64,000 nucleotides of DNA, taken from assembly GCA_010909165.1 (NCBI GenBank), contig VJWM01000144.1, positions 496,001 through 560,000 of the forward strand, read 5' to 3'. Below the pieces are notes generated by a model. That model saw only the letters and a list, made by a program, of their open reading frames with translations, searched no databases and had not been told where the DNA came from. Both the position numbers and the translations under genes were made by a program. The DNA is from Anthoceros angustus. Its lineage: Eukaryota; Plantae; Anthocerotophyta. Below, in pieces: positions 22,444 to 34,899 of the stretch (its first letter is position 1; every line of letters begins with the position of its first letter).

Positions 22444-23489
22444 CTTGGGCAGGGTTCTCCTTCTCCTTCCTGAATCTCCCCTAATTATTTGTCGAAGAGG
22501 TTTACATCCGCTAAGAAGTCCTAAACCGAACGCAGCCTAACCGCACGGGCTGGCTAGGTCTGGGATTTGATTGCAAAGGTGTAAAGTAAGCAGCAATATA
22601 TGGTTCTGAGAACTTGTATCCTATTGTGGAGTATCACACGTCTAGGTGGTCACTATTTGTCCGTGCCCTCTGCCGGGAACTTGGAAGGCACTTCCATCGT
22701 TGAATCAAAATTGTACAAAATCCCTGTAAGGATGGCCGGGAGTATACAGGCCAGAGTGCCCTTTAATCTGTCCATGGCCGTAGTCAATAGAAGGGTGCTA
22801 TCTACGTCAATGTCTAGCCTATTCAACTTGGAGGAGGACTCAACTTGCACACCAAACAAAGTCATGGGTTTGCATATTCAATTTGGAGGAGGACTCAACT
22901 TGCACACCAAACAAAGTTATGGGTTTGCATATGTTCCTGCTCTTGATGGAGGTTTTGAAAGAAAATCATGACTAAAAGATCGGGAACCCCAATTCCCTAC
23001 AACTGAATGAGGCCTTGTAGGAATGGGCAGTGGTGTTTGCATATAAGGCCTCATGTTGCTTCCAAATGGACGAGATTGGTTATGACTATCTCTATTCAAA
23101 AATCTCAAAGAAGAACGAATCAAAAATGGTTCTGCACTTGCGCTCCTCAACGGTGTTCGCATATCCAAGTTCATTGATGCGGCAGAGTGTGTCCTTTGCT
23201 GTCTCGTTTCTGGCCTGTCTTTTGTGTCCCAGAGTCCGAATCTATTGTAATTTTGGATGCTCTTAATTGCTCGGAGTCGTAGGAGTTGTTGCTCCAAGAC
23301 GGGCTTGTTTTGAACCTGAAGATACATTAATCACATCAGTGTTATTATATTTTAGGAAAGTAATATACTATTATTTATTTAAGACCTTTTTATAAATAAT
23401 AACTACAACAACGCTTATGTAAATATATTCATAGGTAAGCTCTATTTGGACCTTCCTTCCAACTAAGTATGCACATAGCGGTTGGACCC

Positions 23490-26376
23490 TCACCATTTTT
23501 GTGATTTCTTCTTTTGGATAATAATGGATTGAGCCTCTTGTTTGGTCATGCTTTGTCTTCCAGGTTCCTCATTTGTTGTGTTTTCCTTCCCTTCACCTTC
23601 ATTATTTTGAATAACAGGTGGGGTTGTTTCACTTTTGACACTTTCTTGCCACACACTAGCCATATCCTCATTTGGTGGCTCTACAGCAACATTAGTAGAA
23701 GCAATGGTGCTTCCCTTTTTGACTGCAGGTTTAACTTTATCTGTCACTTCGTCTTTTATTTCGGAAGTAATCTTAACCATGATACTTCCTTTTGCAGGTT
23801 TCACTGAAGGCTTTCCGACTTTTGTTTCAACAACAAGAGGAGTGGTTCCATCACTCGCCCTTTTTGTCTTAGAACTGACATGCTTCCCATTCTCTTGAGT
23901 AGCACCACTTTCTTTAGGTGCTTTTAAGTCTACTACATTAGAGATTGCAGCTAATGCAGGGATTTCTAGTCCTTTACTTTCCAGAAGTTTTAGTGGATTT
24001 TCTTCATTTTTATCCCCACTTTTCTTAGTTGGGCCCCCTTGCTTTATAGCAAGAGCTTGTTGATCTTCAAAATGATCATTCAAGTCTGGAGCTGTTTCTA
24101 ATTCTTTGACAAGCTGTTGCACTCCAGAGACAACATATTGTCTTTTTTGCAGACTTGCTTGTCTAATTGCTTTAGTATTCCAAACTGGTCCACTACTACT
24201 ACTTGTTTCCTTAACTTTCTTAACCTTTTTCTTTTTTCGTGGTTTTTCATTTCCAAGTAAGGTTCCCTCTTTACTACGCATTGGTGATCTACTAACCGAC
24301 CAATGCTTTTTAGGAATCACAAGTGTAGGTGGCTCTAAAGGCTTCGACTCAGTTCCCTTGGCCTCCTATTACAATCAATCATATGTATAAAAAATTATTC
24401 TATGGATTGAATAGAGAGAGAGACGTGAATGCCTAGAGTTCAATACCTTGTATACATCTATAAAAGATAGGTATAAATAATGTATAAAATTTAACCTTTT
24501 CACGATGATGTTGCAATTCCTCTTTATTTTGAATCCAATTTTGCTTGGACGGTTGTAAAATATTTTCGCCACTCATCATATAGTTTATATCCCCAATTGC
24601 TTTAAATTCTATAAATGAAAATACGTTATTGGTTATGAAAAAAAATCATGCATTCATTGATTTCTTAAGAGGATTGCTAAAAGTCCAAGGATCCCAATCC
24701 ACGTGTAATTATATTTATATTACCTGGTAAGATAATGCCTTGTTGTAATGTATTTTTGTGGCCATCAAGATTTGTCAAACTTTGTGCCAAACCTTGAGGA
24801 TCCACATCACATGAGGCATTTATTTTCTTCAACGCAGGGTGTATGCCCTTCTTATTAAACACTATTTTCTTTGCATCTTCATCCATACTATCCATCACAT
24901 ATTTCGGTAATGTAAGGTCTAAACATTAAGAAAACATAGCACACATACTTAATTAGAATAACCATTAGAATAGTTCCAACACACCACAAAATAATTAAAT
25001 GGTGCTCTAAATGAATGAAAGATTTTATTTTTAATGACAAAGAACTCTACCTCCTATCAGACTTCTTCTTATTTGAGATCGTGACCTTGTTTTCTACATG
25101 TCAATAAATAAGAAGATACTCACTAGAAGTATTGGATGAGCTAAAAGAATACATGTATCATAGAATATGTGTCTAACCTTGTATTGTTTCTTCGAGTCGG
25201 AGGCATTGACGGTCGACACTCGATCAGCTTCTGCGGCGTCAGCTTTTGCTTGAAGTCGATCTTGTGTTTGTTTATCTCCATCCATAATAGCCTCCATCAA
25301 CTGAAGATGCACATTGATGTTATAGGAGGAGCTCAAACTATTAAAAGACTAATGGAGCCAAAAAGTATTAAGAAGGAGCATACCTTTTTTCTTCTATATG
25401 CTTGTGCAAGAAGCCTAAAAGGAAAGGGTTGTTTGGCTGAATATGCATTAGTACAATGGATATAAACAATTATAAGAATACAAGAGAATATTGATATAAA
25501 GCTTTCAAAATTGGTAAAATTATCTTACTTTGCTTGAAGTCGATCTTGTGTTTGTTTATCTCCATCCATAATAGCCTCCATCAACTGAAGATGCACATTG
25601 ATGTTATAGGAGGAGCTCAAACTATTAAAAGACTAATGGAGCCAAAAAGTATTAAGAAGGAGCATACCTTTTTTCTTCTATATGCTTGTGCAAGAAGCCT
25701 AAAAGGAAAGGGTTGTTTGGCTGAATATGCATTAGTACAATGGATATAAACAATTATAAGAATACAAGAGAATATTGATATAAAGCTTTCAAAATTGGTA
25801 AAATTATCTTACTTTCTGTTTCAGATTTTTGAGATTGTATGTCCATCTTGGAAGTCATAATTTGAACAAATTCATGGTAATCAATCTGGGTGTGCAATAT
25901 TTATAAATAATAAATTATGAGAAATAAAATTTGTGAGTAGTTACATAACTCAATCGAATTATGCGCACTTGAATCCATACCTACCGTTGCAGTTCCATCA
26001 ATAGCTGCTGTTGAAAGCATACTCTCAATCTCAGATCTCTTAACTCGAAGTCCAAGAACACTAAAAGCCGTCAAGAGATCGGATACATCAATGGTACCTA
26101 CAAATGATTATATCAAAGTACGTCCCAGATTCATGTGCCATACAAAACCATACTATCATTCTTGTAAATTGTTATACATTCATGTGCGCAGTATTAGACA
26201 AATATTTTTTGAGCTTCATTCCCAAAGTTAAAATTCATACCAGAACCATCAGAGTCAATGAGATCAAAACACTCTTGAAGTTCCATCCGTTGTTTCTTGG
26301 TTAGCTCAGGTCGGACCACTTTCCCATGTGCCCGTAACCAAGAATTGATCCCAACCTTTTGCAACGCAGGCTGCAT
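23490..26376 (-). CDS. AT-rich multi-exon EF-hand (centrin-like N-terminus) protein with a long Lys-rich low-complexity C-terminus; probably cilium or sperm associated
   Basis: Exons join as RPELTKKQRMELQECFDLIDSDGS|GTIDVSDLLTAFSVLG...IDGTAT|IDYHEFVQIMTSK...|KQPFPFRLLAQAYRRKK|LMEAIMDGDK... The final exon is 24365-23490. Borders checked are GT-AG. Confidence 0.75.
25245..25815. repeat. 284-bp tandem duplication inside the EF-hand gene
   Basis: tttgcttgaagtcgatcttgtg...ggtaaaattatcttacttt starts at 25245 and at 25529. The copies look identical by eye. Confidence 0.95.
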
Positions 26377-27076
26377 TCGACATTTGATTGCTTATAGTTC
26401 AACAATGTGTCAAGAATCATATCCAATATAAGGATTGTAGTTAGCAAAATATGTCAAGCAGCTACAAACGAAGCCACAAACCAAGGCTTTAGGATCCTCT
26501 CCCTCCTGATAATCCATCTGAATTTATACTTCAAAAATAATGTATTCTTGAACATGAAAAGAACAAAGCCTCGTAGGCTCTTGTAGTGTCAAAAGATATT
26601 AAGCTATGGCTAGCCTTGTGTTTGAAACTGGAACCTTGGGGAGCCACAAGCCAGACTATGTACAATTGTACATATATACTTCGAGTGTTTCAAGGGATCC
26701 GTTTAGCAAGAAAAGCTGGAACAAAAATTTACAGCCATGTGAAACCGTAGGTATTCAGGAATAAAGGCGAAAACGGAGACGGGTTTTGTTTGCCGAATTT
26801 CACCAAGGTTTGAACGGTTTTGACGGTCGAGATTCGGTTGAAGGCGTCCCGAGCAGCTGAAGAATCCCCGGGAAACCGCAAGGCCAGCAAACATGTCCAA
26901 AAATTGGAATCCACACGTCTTCACCATCGTGTCTTCCCTGGCCACAGAGCACAGAGTTATGAAATCAAAGCTGCCAGAGCTTTCACCACGTTTGGATGCG
27001 GGAGGTTGCGCAATGGACAAACAGAATCAGGGAATTTGATCAGCTCTATAGCCTTCTTATTGGCATCTGAGTGATA

Positions 27077-29880
27077 ATGGAGGTGCAGTGTTCCATCGCC
27101 AGGCTCAAGAGCAGAATAGGCCATGCTCGGATCACTATATGGAATCCAAGGGAAATAAGTGAGTGGCTATTTGTTGTGTCTTTTCGTCTTTGCCGTTAGA
27201 TCCCTTTGTGGTCGAGTAGAGCCATCTTGTATTGTCACTGATCCACTCTGGTGTGCAGGTACTCTGAATCCGCGGGAAAAGGAGGAAATGAAAAATATCA
27301 TCGATCAAATGGGAATCGGCTCAGCAGTGGCGCAGAAGCTGCGGTTGCCTATAACAGATTTCGAGCGCATCAAGCGCGGTTCAAATTGGCTGTATATTTC
27401 CACATCCAGTCTGGCAGACAAGCAAGATAGCATTCTTGTGAGGGGCGTCCTGAAGGTTGGCCATAAGAATTTGTTTATTAGGAAGGAGACTGGCCATCTT
27501 GTGGAGGCAAGGCCTTTGTGCGTGCTGGACTTTTACGTGCATGAATCATGTCAGAGGTAAGAGGAAGCGGTTTTGGATTGGAGTCTGGCAAGAATATGTT
27601 TGTGAGCAAAAGAACTGCCTCTAAGTCCTTTGGTCCTAATTGTGCTCGTACCATGGCAGAATGGGGCATGGACATCAGCTGTTTGAGGCGATGTTGACAA
27701 GGGAAAAGAAGCGGCCACATAATCTAGGGTCAGAAAATCTGGTGACTTTGTTTGCAATTGAGTTTGGATCAGCAATGGTGTCTCTAGCTTCCATAGGGTC
27801 TGCAAGGAAACGTAGCAGCACTTTTTCTCCTTCCAGACTGAAGGCAGCATTGCTTGCCAGAATGCTGAGGAAGGCACAAAACACCTAAACACGAATTTCC
27901 CCTGTTGCAGGTATGATAGACCGTCTTCGAAGTTGCTCTCGTTTCTCAAAAAGCACTACCGATTGTCCAGATATGTGCCGCAGGTTCATCTTTCACTTCA
28001 GTTGTTCTTGCATAAATGCGAGTCCCGCAACTTGTCAACCTTGTGGGGCTGGCATCGTCGACACGCAAAGAATGGGCTGATTGTCAACCCTTTAGCTATA
28101 CCCAGGGTGTTGACAGTGCTACATTTCGGTAGCAGGTTTTGAGATACATAATGGGAGGATAAGAAACTTGAAGCTAACAAACCACAAGAGGCAACAGGCA
28201 CGCTAATTCCTTGTCTTGTTGCAGGATCTTAATCCCTTCGTTGTGTATGATGCCTACTTTGAGGATGCAGAAACTGACATAGTGGAGAAGAAGAAGTGCC
28301 GCCCATGCCTATTTGATCCAGGCATGCCAAGGAGGCCAGGTGTTATGCTGTAGATCTTGTAGGTTGTGCCTTCTTACCCGGTCACCCAGTTCAATATCCC
28401 TTTTTGAATCCTCCCAACGTCAGCGTGACATTGGAATTACAGTTCTAGTTGCCCTGTCAGGCATGATGCCGTCGTTGAAGCGAACGAGGGTGAGGGCTTC
28501 AGTACCTTTCGGCTTGTAGCAGTCTAGCGGTCACAGTCGGATGGCCCTTCTGTCCTGTTGTCTGTAGTTGCCGGAATGGAGTGTTAAAAAGTGTGGGCTG
28601 TGTGTCATGACATGATTCATCATGAGATGGTGTTGTCCTCCACTAGCTAATCCGAGTGCCTGTTGATTTTGCAGACCAACTGGTTTGTGGTGTTCAGCGC
28701 ATATTTTGAGGAGGATTTTCCGTGCTACGATTCAAACAAGGGAGACTTGCCATTCATCGAGCCGAAATATGGAACCAAGCACGCAAGCACTAAGGATGCT
28801 TCAGCTCTTGTGGACACGCCTTCTAGGCAAGACAGGGGTGTTCTTCACGGCCGACGAGCAAACAGCACTCCTCCTGTGCCAGTAGATTCATCCGAAGACG
28901 AGCTCCAGGCCCAGGAGACTGCAGACTCTCAGGAGCTCCGTGAGTACCGTGGTCCTCCTACACCACGGACACGAGACACCAGGTCCTCAACTTTCACCAG
29001 GGACAGAGATCTTACCAAGATCCATGGCCAGAGCGACCTCAAGGCTCCGGACGACAGCGCGGCCATTGAGGTCCCAGTAGTTTCCTTCAACGACATTTCA
29101 GACCTCCACAAGGAGAGGCCAGAGTGGGATACGCGTCAAGACAGGGTTCCGTCACAACCGGTATTCGACAAGGTGGTATCCCGGTCTGATTTCGACAGGC
29201 TCCAAAGGGCACCCGTCGACGACCAGCTGTTGCAGGAGAAAACTTCCATTCTCCGAACCTCTCCCAAGAAAGGGCGCCGTGAAGGGCAACGTCGAGTCCA
29301 ATTTTCCCGGAAGGACTCCCCTCCTCCTGAGCCCAGGAAACAGGCAGTGTCCCACAACGTCAAGGTGGGTTATCTGAACGACCCTCCGCCGGACGCGCAC
29401 CAGGACCAGGACGACGCGCCCTCGACGCCACCTTGGCTGGATCAGGAGCAGGACTTCGACAACGCCTCCCACCACAAATACGGCTTCCCTTGGGCCTCGC
29501 AATGGCCGATCAACGGGCATCCCATCAGGTCAGCATGCTTTGCAACCAAGTATGCTCCTAGTGTGGGAAGAAGACAAGGCCAAGGCCCAGGAGCAGGAGG
29601 AGCAGGAGCTGTCACCTCCCCCCCAGCCCACACAGAGCGAGACAAGGATTTCATACATTTCCCAGCCAACCTGAGCTTGGGCACTAAGAAGCACATCCCA
29701 CTGTGTGAAACAGCAGAGTACAAAGGCCTGGTAGGAGCCCCCAGCGAGAAGGCCCCTCCTTCTCGAACCTTCTGCCAGAGAGTAACCGAGCCCAACGGGC
29801 TGCCCTCGTCTTATTACCAGCTGGGAATGTCGGGTTATGGAGCTGCTGCCGCCATGGGGAACTTAACCAGACTTTACTAA
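27077..29880 (+). CDS. ATAT1: Alpha-tubulin N-acetyltransferase (alphaTAT1/MEC-17 family) with a long disordered C-terminal tail
   Basis: IIDQMGIGSAVAQKL...ITDF, GVLKVGHKNLF, RPLCVLDFYVHESCQR|MGHGHQLFEAML, YDRPSSKLLSFLKKHY and YVPQ|TNWFVVFSAYF are all diagnostic alphaTAT1 motifs. Confidence 0.92.
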
Positions 29881-30714
29881 TTGTTTCATAATCACTCACT
29901 TGTTAACCACTAATTACGGTGAGACGGAACTTCTGGCGGAGTCCTCGGGGTCCGAAGCCCAGACCTTGGGGTCGGTATCTCGTTTCTGTCGTTTTGTGGC
30001 TATAAGTGTAGTAACGTTGTCCTCTAATCCTCCTCGAGGCGACAACGAGGTGAGCAGTGTGAACAGGGTTCTTGCCGGCCCAGGCTTGGGGGATACCGTG
30101 GTGCCACATATCGCTCCTGTTTGCGCTGGCCCAGTTCGTCCCTTTCCGCTCGCGGCACGCAATCCCCTTCAATTCCATCCCATCCCACCCCCACCCTCCT
30201 TCACTTCCGTCCTCCTCCTTCCCCTCTTCTCTTCTGGATTGTTTCTCTGACACAGCCGATTCTTTCCCTTCGCCGCGTCGCCGCTTTGTCGCGCCTTCCT
30301 CCTGTGCTTCCAAGGAGGATTGTTGTGGTCAGGCTAGGACTAGGAGCTCTGAGGTGATACCGTGTTGTGTGGGTGCTGCTGGGAAGTTCCCTAGGCTGTG
30401 GGTGCTGAAGGTGTGGATTATTCTGGCCGCAATTGGAGCGGACTGCAGCGGAGCCTAGTCCTGCCAGCTGCGTGCGCGGCTGCTCGCTGTACATAGTTGT
30501 TTTAGGAAATTTGGATGTTTTGGTGAGGAATTGGCTTAGGACAGGCTGCGGAGGCGAGGTGGGCACTTTCGTGAGGTGGAAGTGGCAGTGTATGGTGGGC
30601 GGAGCCTGCGACGTTGTTGGGCTCAGTGCCTGTGGTGATTGGAGCAGGAGGTGGTGGGGTGATTGGAAAAGTTAGCCGAAGCAGACGTTTCCGGAGCCGC
30701 TAGAGGTTGTGAAG

Positions 30715-33671
30715 ATGATCGACTTTAAGGATTTCTTCGAGAAAATTGAGAATTGGTGGCCTTGGCACAGGGACGAGGCCACCGTGAATCCGGATTTGAA
30801 TCCCGTTCTGTTGATACCTGGCATCGGGGGGTCCATCCTGCAAGCTGTGACTGAGAAGGGGAGAAAGGAGCGCATCTGGGTGCGTTTGTTTGCTGCGGAT
30901 CATGAGTTTAAGTCCAAGCTCTGGTCCTTCTTCAATGTCGAGACAGGTGACAAATTGTGCTTGTTTTCTCGTTTGACCTAGTTTTGCAGCATGGTTTTGA
31001 TGTGACTGACTCCGAACTTGGAGCAACTTGGAACTGGCTTGTTCTTCTCTTCACTGTGAGACGGGAGCGTTCTGTCACTGTTTGTAAATTTTCCATCCAG
31101 CTACAACCTCTGGTAGCAATGTGCTTGATGTTTTGCCTGTTTTTTCCTCGGGAAGCAGGAAGGACTGAGTCGTTGGATCCCAACACCACAATTCAAGTTC
31201 CAGACGACAGATATGGGCTCTACAGCTGTGATGTGTTGGACCCTGATGTGGTGAGTGCTTTGATGCATCTGAATGGTCTGGTAGGAACTCTTGCTGTTGG
31301 TTTCCTGCAAGTAGGCCGCTTCACACTGGAGCGTGACATCCTAGTTGAACTGTCATCTGTGTAGTTTTTGAGAATGGAAATCGTGTACTACTACCATGAC
31401 ATGATACAAAAGATGTTGGAGTGGGGTTACCAGGAGGGTACAACGCTCTTTGGGTTTGGGTATGATTTCCGGCAAAGTAACAGGTATACTTCGGTGTACT
31501 GGCGGTTTGGTTGTGGCTTGCCGGGCAGCAAGCGGGTGCTGAAAGCTCTGTTTTACTGTAGGGTACCTGAGGTTATGGAAGGTTTAAAGGAGAAGCTGAA
31601 AGCTATGTATGAGGCATCTGGAGGGAAAAAAGTGAACATAATTGCTCATTCAATGGGTGGTGTTCTTGTGAAGTTGTTCCTCGCACTTCATAAGGAGGTG
31701 AGCAGAGAGGGCTATTTGGGTTTGAGTGATGGATCCCTGCGGGTTTGCAGTGGACTCGTTTGCTCTACTAAGAATGTTGTTTTCTTGTCTTGCAGGAGTT
31801 TGAAAAATATGTTAATATGTGGATTGCGATTGCTGTACCTTTTCAAGGTTCCAAGCTTTCCTTACCTCCCATTGATTCAATGATGATAGAGTGCTAAGTA
31901 AAGGTTTTATGTTGCTCATCAACTACGTAACTTGCTTGGCAGGTGCACCTGGGTTTATCATGGATTGTCTTCTTACTGGCGTAGAGTTTGTAAAAGGATG
32001 GCAGAGGGAACTGTTTGTCGCAAAATGGAGCATGCATCAACTGGTAAATGTTCTAGGGCAGGTGTTGGATCCGTTTTTCTTATCTCTACTAGTGGGGCTT
32101 ATGGTTGCACTTTTTGTTTTGGTCGTTAGTTTAACTAGTCATGCACCTGTATTCCTTCTGTTGCAGTTAATAGAGTGTCCGTCGGTGTATGAGCTCATGG
32201 CGAATCCAGAGTTTGACTGGGAACAACCCCCGGAGTTGAGGCTGTGGCGAAAGAGGGAAGGTGAAAATGGGGTTGTGACAATTGGGAGGGAGGTGTTTGG
32301 CCCTGATGAGTATGTATCCATCATGATGGGGGCTTTGAAGGATAATGTGGTACGAGCCTGTTTGGACTATGACTGCTGCAAGATGTTTAGATGCCAAGTT
32401 TTGTGTGCTGTTTGTGAAGCACTTTTGAAACTAGCACTGCGGAAGGTCCTCACGTGGTCAAGTTCTCTGGCAGATGGAGTACAACGGTGAAACTTTCCCA
32501 GTGCCCTTGAACAGCAACATTCTGAATCTGGCCAAAGAGACGCGCCGTCTTTTGAAGACTGCACAACTGTCAGAAGACATCAAGTTCTACAATATATTTG
32601 GGACCTCTTTTGACACGCCGTTCCATGTCAGGTCTGTGGAAACAGGTTATGCCTCTGTAGAGACCAACAGGCTGCGCGTCTTAAAATTGAATATGCTGAG
32701 AAACGCTTTCTGCTTTCTTGCAGCTATGGGTTAGAAGCGGATCCTGTTTCAGACCTGTCTGATATCCTGAAGATGGAGGTATTGTGATGTGGGAAGATGA
32801 TTTGGTGCTTGTGTTGCCAGCATTATTGAGAATCTTGACCGATTCATACTCGTGCACGTTCAAATCATGTCAGCGCATATGGAAGTAGGTGCGGTAGTAA
32901 AGTAACTTTTTTCTAGTCGTCTCACTCTGTGCCTTTTTCTGTATTGCAGGCAGAATTCACATGCGTTGAAGGTGATGGGACAGTACCTATAGAGTCTGCT
33001 ATGGTGAGACTTCTGATCCGATCGCTATGCTAGTATGTCCATGAAATTTGAGACTTGGGGTGATACTCTGGTATTATGAATACCCAGCTCATCAATCTAA
33101 CTTGCAGGATCAATCTAACTTTCTATCTTGTATCCAGGCTGATGGTTTGAAGGCTATAATGAGGGTCGGGATTCCTGGTGACCATCGTAATATTCTGAAT
33201 GATGAGCGGACATTCCGCGTCCTGGAGCACTTCCTTGAAGTTGGAGAGTTCGATCCTTTCTACAACCCTTTCAATGACTACGTCATCCTTCCCACTAAAG
33301 CAGAGGTCGAAGAGCACAGGAAGAAGTGCATTGCTGTCCCAGTAGACCTTGACAGCTGGGATGTTGTATCAGAAGACAGTGAGGACTACAGGGAGATACA
33401 TGGCGAAGTTGTGGCTACTGTGTCTTCTGGTCCTACTAGTTCTGATACAAGGGCGGAAGCTCATGCCCATGTGCACCTTCACGGTCCTCATGAAGGTGGA
33501 ATCCAGGATGATCATATTGAAGTTGAAACCATAGGTATAGCGGAAGGAAGGGATGCCAAAGAAGCGGCAGCAGCTCTTGATCAGGCAATGTCAGCTGCCT
33601 CGGACGAAGCCGTGGCAGTCAACTTTCGGGGCAGGGAAAGGGCTCACAAGACGTGCCATCTCAAGAGGTGA
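30715..33671 (+). CDS. LCAT3/LCAT4-like phospholipase A1, multi-exon
   Basis: LNPVLLIPGIGGSIL, GYQEGTTLFGFGYDFRQSNR, lipase motif IIAHSMGG, ECPSVYELMANP, FYNIFGTSFDTP, EGDGTVPIESA and GIPGDHRNIL. Confidence 0.9.
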
Positions 33672-34899
33672 GCTGTTCTTCGGATCAATGGCTGGGGGCA
33701 CTTCTCGTGGGCGCTTTTCGCTGGCATTCATATCGCTCATTGTTCACAACCAGTAAAGGTTGATGAACACTGCGGATGTATATATGGCGCGACTGACATC
33801 AGAATCGATGCAAAATACCAGGAGCTAATTGTACAGCCCTAGATATACTTCTAGGTCCATATAATGTGGCTTGTTTGTCCCCGTTTGTCTAGATAGCCGC
33901 AGTGCTAACAGGTCCTGAACCTCGACCTCACACTTTATAGCGGGGACCTAGAAGAAGAAGAAGAATTTTATTGAAGTCCACTAAGGACGATTTCCGTCAT
34001 GGGACTGAAATATGGCAACCTTAAGGTAGTATAGGTACTGCAGTGAATATGGCAACCTTAGGTAGTATAGGTACTGCAGAATTTAGTTACCGCGTGCCCA
34101 ATGTACATATACTACCTACGAGTTCATGGAGGCCCTTTCTGGGTCGACAATTAGGAAGACTGCATTTCTCGCCCACAGCCCAGAGCTGAGAAGCCGGATG
34201 CGCAAATACAACCTGCTATCACAATGATATATCGCCACGCCCGCCTGGGGTGGTGGGTTATCGTTGGGGTTGTTATGCTTTTGGATCCGTTCTCCTTTTT
34301 GGATTTTTGTCATTCTAAAGATTAAAATTTTTATTTTTTTAATATTTATATTGCAGATTAGATAGATTAAAATGGGAGAATTCTTATCCAGGCGGTCTCA
34401 CACACAGAGAAACCAAGATGGTTTTGATAAAGGGCTTGGCTGCAAGTCCTCAAGTCCTCTAGCATATAACTGACTTGACTACCTCCGTGGTGATGCTTGA
34501 GGTGTAGATAATGACGGTATCAACCTAAGACTTGGGTACAGCTCCCGTAGCTTTGATGTGCACACTAGGACAACCAATTGAACACGATTATCACGATGTT
34601 GATCACACAAGCGCCACTGATGCAAGGTGAGGAAAAACAGGGAAGTTCCTAGATGCTCAGCTTCTGGACAGTTGTTGCAATCAACGGTAAGCACAACTTA
34701 CGACACGTCCACTCAGACAGGGCATCACACAATCACAGCCCTCATACACACGCATACCAGGAACAGCATATAACAATGGAGGCCACAGAATGGTGCTGCA
34801 GAAGACTGGCTTCACACAACCAGCATTAACAATCACCGGTGGTCTATTGGAATGAAATTGGAGCCAAAAAATGCTTCCCGCTTAACATTGGTGAGGAAC

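Larger units (their letters stand above)
19064..23197. repeat. Near-identical 2.07-kb tandem duplication (19064-21131 and 21129-23197)
   Basis: The two copies match line for line at an offset of about 2060-2065. Differences are almost all 1-2 nt indels. The junction has TTT/CTGTC microhomology. Confidence 0.95.

Noticed and set aside
23300-26100. AT-rich block as an organellar insertion or DNA transposon
   Set aside because: It resolves into phase-compatible spliced exons of one EF-hand gene, with no organellar or transposase motifs.
29903-30675. Overlapping ORFs between alphaTAT1 and the LCAT gene
   Set aside because: Low-complexity CT-rich promoter and leader sequence with no conserved motif or consistent splice pattern.
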